A DNA stretch of 32,000 nucleotides, from positions 2,580,001-2,612,000 of the forward strand of contig NZ_CP030918.1 in the NCBI RefSeq assembly GCF_003324675.1, given 5' to 3'. Position numbers and translations under genes: made by a program. Under the pieces are notes generated by a model. That model saw only the letters and a program-made list of their open reading frames with translations, was not told the DNA's origin and searched no databases. This document shows positions 1-7,204 of the stretch, piece after piece; positions within the stretch are counted from its first letter, which is position 1; each line of letters opens with the position of its first letter. Source of the stretch: Paracoccus suum. Its GTDB lineage: Bacteria; Pseudomonadota; Alphaproteobacteria; Rhodobacterales; Rhodobacteraceae.

Positions 1-647
1 AGGCTGAGCGCGTCAAAGCCGCGCATCCTCGCCGCGTTGGGATCGCCTGCGAGCGGCCGAAGCGTGACACGCTGCGCGCTCCCTTGCGTGGCCGAGCCTT
101 CCGGCGCGCTACCGGTGGCGCTTGAGTCGCCCTTTGTGCCACCATCCGCCGGCGCAGCGCCGGTTGCACCGCTCGCCTCAGTCGCACCAACCGCTGGCGC
201 GGCGCCCACTTCGCCACCCTTACGCATCGCGTCCTTGAACCGGTTGCGGATGTAATCCGGATTGCCGCCGGCCAGTGCCGAAACATTCCGAGTCGCGGAT
301 TCCAGGAAATAGACCAGCACCGGGTCCATGCCATTGGCCGGGTAGCGCCCGACGACTCGCTCGGTCCCGCTCGCGGTCTCGCGCATCTCCAGCATCGGAT
401 CGCCGCCGTCCGGATCGGTCACCGGAACGACCGAAAGCAGCCCGTCCGCCAGCGGCGCAAAGCCTGCGGCCGCCTTGCCCTCGCGCACCAGCCGCCAGGC
501 CAGCGGGGCCTTTGCCGCTGCCCCGGCGAGGTCGCGGTCCGCAAAGATCAGCCGGTCGCTCTGCGACGCCTTGTCGGGCAGGCTGGCCCCGCCGGTTGCC
601 AGCACGGCCGCCGCCATCGCGGCTGCCATCACGGCCTTGCGCATCAT
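1..647 (-). CDS. Secreted/periplasmic protein of unknown function, partial (C-terminus runs off the left edge)
   Basis: Not in the ORF track because it is open-ended. I checked the minus-strand frame triplet by triplet over 1-360 and translated the rest, and found no stop. ATG ATG at 647/644 follows GGGGGGAGG (revcomp of 652-660) by 6 nt. The N-terminus MMRKAVMAAAMAAAVLATGGAS looks like a signal peptide. Third codon positions are strongly G/C. An alternative in-frame ATG at 710 would add 21 aa. I recognised no family. Confidence 0.6.
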   Translation of the reverse strand, partial: MMRKAVMAAAMAAAVLATGGASLPDKASQSDRLIFADRDLAGAAAKAPLAWRLVREGKAAAGFAPLADGLLSVVPVTDPDGGDPMLEMRETASGTERVVGRYPANGMDPVLVYFLESATRNVSALAGGNPDYIRNRFKDAMRKGGEVGAAPAVGATEASGATGAAPADGGTKGDSSATGSAPEGSATQGSAQRVTLRPLAGDPNAARMRGFDALS

Positions 648-743
648 GAACGCCTCCCCCCTGACTTGTACCTCCAGCCTGCCACGCCGGGACGGCTCCG
701 GGAAGGGCATCCCCCCTCCCCCCTTGGTCGCAGACGCGCGGGA

Positions 744-2129
744 TCAGCGTTGGGCCATGATCGCGCCGGCGATGGCGTGGCGCAGCGCCTCTGCCGTCAC
801 CGGCTTCAGCAGCAGCGGCACGTCGAGGCGACCGCAGGCGCGCGCTACCTCGGCTGAATCATGGGCCGTGACCATCAGCGCCGGGACGGGCCCCAGCCGC
901 TCGCGTAGCGCGGCGATGGCAAAAAGGCCGGTGTCGCCGTGATCGAGCTGGTAATCGGCAATCACGATATCGGGCCGCAGGCCGGGGTTGGCGTCCAGCA
1001 CCGCCTCGGCCTCGGCGCTTGAGGCCGCGACATGAACCGTCATGCCCGCCCGGTCACGCAGCTGGATCGCATAGGCGCGCTGCAGGCTGGGGTCATTCTC
1101 GATCAGGATCGCGCTGAGGCCGGTCAGGACAGGCGTTTGCGCACTCGGCTGTGGCGCCGTCGCCCAACCGCCTACCGGCGGCGGATCGGCGGCGTTCTGC
1201 ACCAGCGGCAGGCCGACGCGGAACAGCGTGCCTCGTCCGGGCAGGCTGTCCAGATGGATGGGATGGCCCAGCTTCGCGCAAGCTCGCCGCACGATGGCAA
1301 GGCCGAGGCCCATGCCCGGCGCCGCCCCCTCGCCCGGGCCGCGCTGGAACTCGTCAAAGATCCGCGCCCGGTCGTCAGCCGCGATGCCGATGCCGCTGTC
1401 ACGCACCTCCAGCCAGACCCGCGCCCCACGCCGCCGTGCGCCAACCAGAACGCCGCCCTCGGGCGTATACTTGATTGCGTTCGACACGAGGTTCTGGGTG
1501 ATGCGCCGCAGATAGGCCGGGTCGCTGTCGACCACGGCCCGGGTCGGGGCGAATACCAGCCGCAAGCCGCGCGCTTCGGCTTGGGGCGCGTATTCGCGCG
1601 CCAGCCGGGTGAACAGATCGCCCAGCGCGACCGGCTGGCGGCTGAACTCGATCCGCTGGGAATCGAGGCGGCTGATCTCCAGCACCGCCTGCATAAGTTC
1701 CTCGACCGACTGCACAGCGCTGCCGAGTTGCTCGACCAGTTCGGCCTGTGCGGGTTGCAGCGATGAGTCGCGGATAGCACCCAGAAACAGCCGCGCGGCG
1801 GCAATCGGTTGCAGCAAATCGTGCCCTGCGGCGCGCAGGAACCGGGTTTTGGACCGGTTCGCCTCCTCGGCCGCCTCGCGAGCAAGCGCCAGTTCGCGGT
1901 TGCGGTTCGACAGATCGAGCAGCGCGCGTTCCAGATCGCGGGTCCGGGCGTTGACCTCCTGCTCCAGTGCCACGGCGGCCTGGAACATCGACCAGCCCGT
2001 GCCCTTGGAGGCCTCGAGCCGCTCGACCCGGTCCATCAGCACCTCGTTGATGCGATTGAGCTTGCCGGCCCGGTCGTTCGGGTCGGCAGGCGCTGCCTCA
2101 ACTGTGATGCGCTTCTGGTCGGGCTCCAT
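744..2129 (-). CDS. Soluble hybrid sensor histidine kinase (HisKA + HATPase_c + C-terminal receiver)
   Basis: ORF 744..2246. H-box AGHDLLQP, N-box NAIKYT, G1 DSGIGI, G2 GMGLGLAIV. A receiver domain follows (ILIEND ... IVIADYQLD ... LLLKP). There is no hydrophobic segment, and the roughly 100 aa before the H-box look coiled-coil. I moved the start to ATG 2129 (MEPDQKR), which has GAGG 5 nt upstream and lies 26 nt after the FIST stop. The 2246 start would overlap the FIST gene by 92 nt. Confidence 0.85.
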   Translation of the reverse strand: MEPDQKRITVEAAPADPNDRAGKLNRINEVLMDRVERLEASKGTGWSMFQAAVALEQEVNARTRDLERALLDLSNRNRELALAREAAEEANRSKTRFLRAAGHDLLQPIAAARLFLGAIRDSSLQPAQAELVEQLGSAVQSVEELMQAVLEISRLDSQRIEFSRQPVALGDLFTRLAREYAPQAEARGLRLVFAPTRAVVDSDPAYLRRITQNLVSNAIKYTPEGGVLVGARRRGARVWLEVRDSGIGIAADDRARIFDEFQRGPGEGAAPGMGLGLAIVRRACAKLGHPIHLDSLPGRGTLFRVGLPLVQNAADPPPVGGWATAPQPSAQTPVLTGLSAILIENDPSLQRAYAIQLRDRAGMTVHVAASSAEAEAVLDANPGLRPDIVIADYQLDHGDTGLFAIAALRERLGPVPALMVTAHDSAEVARACGRLDVPLLLKPVTAEALRHAIAGAIMAQR

Positions 2130-2154
2130 GCCTCGCCTCTGGTCGCGGGACCAT

Positions 2155-3387
2155 TCAGGCCGCCGCCACCGGATGCGCGCCTGGAATACTGTCGCCGCCC
2201 TCGCCGCTCTGCGGGGGATCATCGGGCGGAAGGAAGGCCATGCCAACGAAAGTCTGGTTCACATGCATGCCGTCATGCAACTCGCCATAGGTGTTGAAGC
2301 CGGCGATGTTATAGCGAGAGTGCAGCCTGGCCACCTCATCCTGCAGGCCGGCCTCCTCCAGTGCAAGGCGGCGCAGGATGCAGTCGAACCCGAGGATCAG
2401 CGCCGGCGGCCGTGCCAGCCGGTCGAGCGCATCGGCAAAGCCGCGCAGCAGGTCCTCGGCCCGCCCAAGGCTGAGGACGGTGCCGATGTCGATCGCAGCC
2501 AGCATCTGCAGCCCGCCATCGGGCCGCGCGCCGCTGATGGCACGCACATGGTTGCGCCGGCCCATGCGCAGCAGCAACGGATGGCGCGCGAAATCGACCG
2601 GCGTCAGGCGGGTCGGGTCCAGGCCGGCGAGGCGGGCATACTCCTGCGCGGCGGGCTCTGCGTTCAGCTCCATGATGGTATGGGTGGCGGGATCGGCACC
2701 CGTGACGACACAGCGCCCCTCGGTCGGGGAAAAGGGCGCGTAAGCCAGCTCCTCGACCGGCAGGTCGGTCGCCATCATGCACACGATGGCCGCGTCCGAG
2801 GTGACTTGGCCCTCGTGCATGACCAGTACGTCGGCAAAGGTCAGCCCGTTACCGCCAAAGCCGCCGATCACCGGCAGCCCCGGCAGCGAGGCGTCCAGCG
2901 CCGCCGCAAGCACGTTTTCGTGCCGCGATTGCCCGTCCGCCAGAACGAGGCCCAGCATCGTGGCGCGGCCGCGCTGCGACAGCCGGGCCGAGGCCGCGCG
3001 CAGATCGGCCATCCAGCGCGCGACGCCCGACATCGACAGCTGTGCGAGGGCGACCGTCTCGACGGCGAAGCCCGTGGCGGGAAAGGCGATGGCGACGAGC
3101 CCGCCTTGGCCATACCCGCTTTGCGTGATCTCCCCCGCGCTGGAACAGCCCGCCAGATGGCAACTGCCGGGCAGCAAGGCCCGCAGGGCCTCGGCGACAG
3201 GCGCCAGTTGGGACGCGGGCGAGGCGAACAGCAACACCAGGGAAGGCCCCAGCGGCGCCGCAAAGCCGGCGATCCGTTCTGCGGCCTCGTCCGGCGCAAG
3301 TCCCCCTTCCAGGCTCAGCGCCCGTGGCAGCCCGTCGCCCACCGGCGTTGCCGGCGGCTCGCCCCCGAGGGGCACGGACCGGCTCAT
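2155..3387 (-). CDS. FIST-domain signal-transduction protein (FIST_N + FIST_C)
   Basis: ORF 2155..3387, 410 aa. It has SLVLLFASP ... HLAGCSSAGEI in the N-terminal half and IAGFNTYGELH near the C-terminus. These match my memory of the FIST / FIST_C signatures. The start ATG overlaps the upstream regulator stop as ATGA (3384-3387). Confidence 0.75.
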   Translation of the reverse strand: MSRSVPLGGEPPATPVGDGLPRALSLEGGLAPDEAAERIAGFAAPLGPSLVLLFASPASQLAPVAEALRALLPGSCHLAGCSSAGEITQSGYGQGGLVAIAFPATGFAVETVALAQLSMSGVARWMADLRAASARLSQRGRATMLGLVLADGQSRHENVLAAALDASLPGLPVIGGFGGNGLTFADVLVMHEGQVTSDAAIVCMMATDLPVEELAYAPFSPTEGRCVVTGADPATHTIMELNAEPAAQEYARLAGLDPTRLTPVDFARHPLLLRMGRRNHVRAISGARPDGGLQMLAAIDIGTVLSLGRAEDLLRGFADALDRLARPPALILGFDCILRRLALEEAGLQDEVARLHSRYNIAGFNTYGELHDGMHVNQTFVGMAFLPPDDPPQSGEGGDSIPGAHPVAAA

Positions 3388-4085
3388 TGCGCGGCAGTCT
3401 CGAACAGTTTCGCGGTATTGGCGAGCAGCACCGCCTGTGTCCGGCGGCGAGCGTTGATCTTGGCCATGATGGCGGTGATGTGGGTCTTGACCGTCGCCTC
3501 GGCGATCGACAGCTCGTAGCTGATTTCCTTGTTTGCTTTGCCGGCGCAGATCAGGCGCAGGATGCGCATCTGTTGGGGGGTCAGCGTCGCAAAGCGGCGC
3601 ATCAGTTCGGCCTGGGCATCCGCGGCGGGCCGGGCGGCGGGATCATAATCCTCGGGGACGACCACCTCGCCGGCCCACATCCGGCGAAACGCCTCCAGCA
3701 TCGCCTCGCGCGACAGCGCTTTCGAGATGAAGCCGCGCGCACCCGCATCCAGCACGGCGCCGATCCATTCCGTGTCAGGTGTGGCCGAGATAACGGTGAT
3801 CGGCACCTCGGGCAGCAGGCGGCGCAGGGTCACGATGCCTTCGGTGCCCGACGCATCGGGCAGGTTGAGATCGAGGATGACGGCATCCGGCGTCCCTTCA
3901 CGCACCGCCTCGACCGCCGTGGCGAGGTTCCTCGCCGTGCGCGTGCGGCGCAAGCCAAAGGCCATCTTCAGCGTCAGGGACAGCGCATCGCACATCAGCG
4001 GGTGGTCGTCGACGATCAGCAGCGTCTCGACCCGCGCCGGGACCGCGCCCGCTCGCGTCCGGCTTGCCAATTCGGCCTCGGACAT
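3384..4085 (-). CDS. NarL/FixJ (LuxR-type HTH) response regulator
   Basis: ORF 3384..4232. Receiver motifs are LLIVDDHPLM ... AVILDLNLPDASG ... ITVISA ... GFISKA. The C-terminal LuxR HTH is LTPQQMRILRLICAGKANKEISYELSIAEATVKTHITAIMAKI. I chose ATG 4085 (MSEAEL), preceded by AAGGGGGTGGGG. The longer 4232 start adds a non-receiver-like Cys-rich extension. Confidence 0.85.
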   Translation of the reverse strand: MSEAELASRTRAGAVPARVETLLIVDDHPLMCDALSLTLKMAFGLRRTRTARNLATAVEAVREGTPDAVILDLNLPDASGTEGIVTLRRLLPEVPITVISATPDTEWIGAVLDAGARGFISKALSREAMLEAFRRMWAGEVVVPEDYDPAARPAADAQAELMRRFATLTPQQMRILRLICAGKANKEISYELSIAEATVKTHITAIMAKINARRRTQAVLLANTAKLFETAAQ

Positions 4086-4390
4086 CCCCACCCCCTTCGT
4101 TGTGTCTTGTGAGGCTAGGCCAAGGAGGCAGCCGATCAAGCAAAATCCCCGACTTAGCCGGGCACTTACGACAATAGTCGTATTATCAGGCAAGGCCCGG
4201 TGCGCAGAGCAACACGCATAGTCCAAGGCCATCTGCGGTGGCCGAATGGCGCGCGCTTTCCTCGCGTTACGAAGAAGGGTTCAGGCCATCGGCGAAAACC
4301 CGCAGGGGTGAAAGTCGATGCGATCAGACTGCTGAAACCCAGCAATGGCTCGCCGCGAAGGCTTTTCACGTCAACGCAAGGGGCCTCGGG

Positions 4391-4400
4391 CCCCCCCCCC
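4391..4400. repeat. C10 homopolymeric tract in the divergent RR-operon / kpsS intergenic region
   Basis: The printed block 4391-4400 is cccccccccc, flanked by ggg and t. It is preceded by a possible GGGGCC-TCG-GGCCCC hairpin that uses its first bases. Confidence 0.9.
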
Positions 4401-4463
4401 TGCCGCCGGCCGCGCCCCATGCCCCGCCGCGCGGGCCGTGACACCGTCAACCGATTGCGGCAC

Positions 4464-5819
4464 ATGATCCGATCAATGACGACGACTACGCACCCAGCCG
4501 CCCCCCTGGCGCCCCAAAAACGACGAGTGCCGTCCCCCGTCCGGGCGCGCGTCTTCCTGTTGCTGCAAGGCCCGCACGGACCATTCTTCGACCGCCTCGG
4601 ACGCCTGCTGCGGGCCGCGGATGCGCAGGTCTGGCGCGTAGGCTTCAACGCCGGGGATGCTTTCTTCTGGACCGATCCCGGCCATTACATTCCCCACACG
4701 GAGCCGGTCGAGAATTGGCCTGCGCATCTCGAAAGGCTTATCGTCGAAAAGGGCGTCACGGACCTTGTCCTCTATGGCGACGTCCGCCCGGTCCACGCCG
4801 CCGCCCGCAGCGCCGCCGCGGAGCACGGCCTGACGTTGCATGTCTTTGAGGAGGGTTATCTACGGCCCTTCTGGATCACTTACGAGCGCGGCGGCTCGAA
4901 TGGGCATTCGCGGCTGATGGAGCTGGACCTGACGGAAATGCGCCGCGCAATGCGTGGACGCCGCGGCGACATGGGGCGCCCGCCCGCGCATTGGGGCGAT
5001 ATGCGCCAGCACAAGTTTTATGGCGCCCTCTACCATGCGCTGATCCTGGTCGCGAATCGCGAGTATCCGGCGTTTCGCAGCCATCGCAGCATCCCGGTGC
5101 TGCGCGAGTTCCGGCTGCACCTGCGCCGCTTTCTCAGCACCCCCTATGTCGCAGCCGCCCGCGCCCTCGCAGAGGCGCGAGTCCGTCGGGGCGGCTTTCC
5201 CTATGACCTGGTGCTGATGCAACTCGAGCACGACGCCAGCTTCCAGGCGCATTCACCATTCACGACCGCCGCCGAATTCACCGGGCTGGTGATCGAGGCC
5301 TTCGCTCGCAGCGCCCCGCGCCATCACCATATCGTCTTCAAGGCCCACCCGCTGGAGGATGATCGCGGCAGCATCCGGGCCACCATCGCGGCCCAGGCCG
5401 AGGCGCATGGGGTCGGCCACCGGGTCCATTTCATCCATGGCGGCAAGCTGGCCCCGCTGGTCGCGCAGGCGCGCGCGGCGATAACCGTCAATTCGACCGC
5501 CGCCCAGCAGGCGCTGTGGCGCGGCGTGCCCGTGCTGGCGCTGGGCCGCGCGGTCTTCGACAAGCCCGGCCTCGTCAGCACGCAGAGCCTCGATGATTTC
5601 ATGGTCAACCCCGAGCGTCCGGACGGCCGCGCCTACCGGGCATATCGCGACTATCTGCTCGAAACCTCCCAGGTGCCGGGCGGCTTCTACGCGCGGCACT
5701 CGCGCGCAGCCGCGCTGCGGCTGGTCGTGGACATGATGCTCGCGCCCGAGGATCCCTATGACGCCTTGCTGCTGTCGGGTGGAACCTATCGCCAGCGGCC
5801 CGGATCGGACGAGGGATGA
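4464..5819 (+). CDS. kpsS: Capsule polysaccharide modification/biosynthesis protein KpsS (Capsule_synth family, beta-Kdo transferase type)
   Basis: ORF 4200..5819. VFLLLQGPHGPFFDRLGRLL sits near the N-terminus, as in E. coli KpsS (LLLQGPMGPFF, from memory). Other motifs are HHIVFKAHPLED and ITVNSTAAQQALWRGVPVLALG. The start is uncertain: ATG 4464, 4476 and 4419 are all in frame and none has a clear SD. The 4200 start would add about 88 aa of Arg/Pro-rich shadow sequence. Confidence 0.8.
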   Translation: MIRSMTTTTHPAAPLAPQKRRVPSPVRARVFLLLQGPHGPFFDRLGRLLRAADAQVWRVGFNAGDAFFWTDPGHYIPHTEPVENWPAHLERLIVEKGVTDLVLYGDVRPVHAAARSAAAEHGLTLHVFEEGYLRPFWITYERGGSNGHSRLMELDLTEMRRAMRGRRGDMGRPPAHWGDMRQHKFYGALYHALILVANREYPAFRSHRSIPVLREFRLHLRRFLSTPYVAAARALAEARVRRGGFPYDLVLMQLEHDASFQAHSPFTTAAEFTGLVIEAFARSAPRHHHIVFKAHPLEDDRGSIRATIAAQAEAHGVGHRVHFIHGGKLAPLVAQARAAITVNSTAAQQALWRGVPVLALGRAVFDKPGLVSTQSLDDFMVNPERPDGRAYRAYRDYLLETSQVPGGFYARHSRAAALRLVVDMMLAPEDPYDALLLSGGTYRQRPGSDEG

Positions 5820-6039
5820 GGTGCTGGCCGCCCCGACCGGAGGGGTTTGCGCCAGCGTCAAATCACGCGAAGCGCGGGCCCGGAGTTCAACCGCAAATGG
5901 TTCTCTGGCGAGCCGGCGCCAATGCCGAGAAATCCTGTGGAATGTTCAAGAACTCCTCGCTAGATTGCTATGTAATAGACACGCCAGACTGGTGGCCCGG
6001 CCGCCATAACCGGCGCCGAATACGGGACAGGAGCCTTCA

Positions 6040-7200
6040 GTGACCCAGATTGGCCATTCGACTGCCTACGGCGGTCTTAGCAGGCGCGCTGCCCTCACCG
6101 GCTCGCTGGTAATTGCATCGCTCATTCTTTCGGGCTGCGCCCTGCCGCGCTCGGGCCCGAACAAGAACGAGATTTACGCCGGTGCGGTCGAGCGTGGCGG
6201 AAATACCAATATCATTTACGTCAACGATCACGTTGCCCGCGCAGCGAATTATCAGCCGAGCTACGGCTTTGGCGCAGACTTCCTGAATGCGGCGCCCGTG
6301 CAGGCCGACGACATCCGCCCCGGCGACACGCTCGGCCTGCAGATCTGGGAGAACGTCGACGATGGCCTGCTCGCCTCGCTGGGCCAGTCCTCGACCCAGT
6401 TGCAGACGCTGCAGGTGGACAGCCAGGGCTATATCTTCGTGCCCTATGCCGGCCGGGTGAAGGCGTCGGGCAACTCGCCCGACTCGCTGCGCCGCATCAT
6501 CACCGACCGCCTCGCCAGCCAGACCCCCGACCCGCAGGTGCTGGTTACCCGCGTTGCCGGGGACGGCGCTACAGTTTCGGTGGGCGGCAAGGTCACCGGC
6601 CAGGGGGTCTACCCGCTGGAGCGGCCGACCCGCACCCTGTCGGCGATGCTGGCCAAGGCCGGCGGCGTCGCCATCGACCCCGAGATCGCGGTTGTCACCG
6701 TCAAACGCGGCAATGCCACCGGCAAGGTATGGCTTAAGGACCTCTATGCTAACAGCCGCAACGACATCGCCCTGCGCGGCGGCGACGTGATCCTCGTCGA
6801 CGAGGATCAGCGCAGCTTTACCGCGCTCGGCGCGCTGGGCGGCCAGACCAAGGTCCCGCTCGGCTCGGAGGAGGTCAGCGCGATCGAGGGTATCGCCTTG
6901 GTCGGCGGCCTCAACTCCAGCATCGCCGACCCGACGGGCGTGTTCATCCTGCGCGACGAGCCGGAATCCGTTGCGCGCCGCGTAATGGGCAATCCGTCTC
7001 TCTACGGCACCCAGCGCTTTGCCTATGTGCTGGACCTGACGCGCCCGAACGGGCTGTTCCTCGCCCGCGACTTCCTGATTCGCGACGGCGACACCGTCTA
7101 TGTCACCGAGGCGCCGTTCACGCAGTTCAGCAAGGTCATCGCGGCGATCACCGGCGCTGCCAACTCGGCCCGCTCGATCGAGGCGGTCGGCACCAACTGA
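6040..7200 (+). CDS. Outer-membrane polysaccharide export (OPX, Wza/KpsD-like) lipoprotein: Poly_export + SLBB domains
   Basis: ORF 6040..7200 with a GTG start and AGGAG 7 nt upstream. The signal peptide has a lipobox (SLVIASLILSGC). Poly_export-like motif: IRPGDTLGLQIWEN ... VDSQGYIFVPYAGRVKASGNSPDSL. SLBB-like motifs: VSVGGKVTGQGVYPL ... LSAMLAKAGG and TALGALGGQTKVPL. Confidence 0.8.
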   Translation: MTQIGHSTAYGGLSRRAALTGSLVIASLILSGCALPRSGPNKNEIYAGAVERGGNTNIIYVNDHVARAANYQPSYGFGADFLNAAPVQADDIRPGDTLGLQIWENVDDGLLASLGQSSTQLQTLQVDSQGYIFVPYAGRVKASGNSPDSLRRIITDRLASQTPDPQVLVTRVAGDGATVSVGGKVTGQGVYPLERPTRTLSAMLAKAGGVAIDPEIAVVTVKRGNATGKVWLKDLYANSRNDIALRGGDVILVDEDQRSFTALGALGGQTKVPLGSEEVSAIEGIALVGGLNSSIADPTGVFILRDEPESVARRVMGNPSLYGTQRFAYVLDLTRPNGLFLARDFLIRDGDTVYVTEAPFTQFSKVIAAITGAANSARSIEAVGTN

Positions 7201-7204
7201 CCCG

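Noticed and set aside
1609-3519. Very long antisense ORFs: 1609..3519 + (636 aa), 6037..7227 - (396 aa), 27112..28221 - (369 aa), 16851..18023 - (390 aa), 10789..11889 +, 14064..15209 +, 9002..10066 -
   Set aside because: Each lies opposite a gene with clear family motifs. Their products are Arg/Gly/Pro/Ala-rich with no motifs. This is typical shadow-ORF behaviour in DNA above 65% GC, where stop codons are rare in all frames.
4238-4441. 67-aa ORF in the RR/kpsS intergenic region that would place the C10 tract inside a coding sequence (PPP)
   Set aside because: It has mixed third-position composition, several rare AGG/CGA/AGT codons, no SD before the GTG and no recognisable product. I treat the region as non-coding, although this is not proven.
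4200-4463. Longest-ORF N-terminal extensions: kpsS from 4200, kpsC from 7100, DUF4159 from 13517, DUF58 from 16085, RR from 4232, dctQ from 31134, dctP from 27073
   Set aside because: The extensions overlap upstream genes or intergenic DNA and encode Arg/Pro-rich sequence unlike the family N-termini. Internal starts have SD sequences or 4-nt overlaps with the preceding stop.
4086-6039. Looked for an ops/JUMPStart element (GGCGGTAG) or a recognisable riboswitch such as c-di-GMP upstream of the capsule genes
   Set aside because: I found no exact ops motif; the closest is TGCGGTGGC near 4233. I saw no convincing riboswitch consensus by eye, and I cannot run covariance models.
6040-6300. Slightly lower GC at the 5' end of the OPX gene (line 6181 is 55%), as a sign that the capsule trio is an island
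   Set aside because: The dip is short and mild. The rest of kpsS, OPX and kpsC is compositionally like the window, and there are no flanking tRNA, integrase or repeats.
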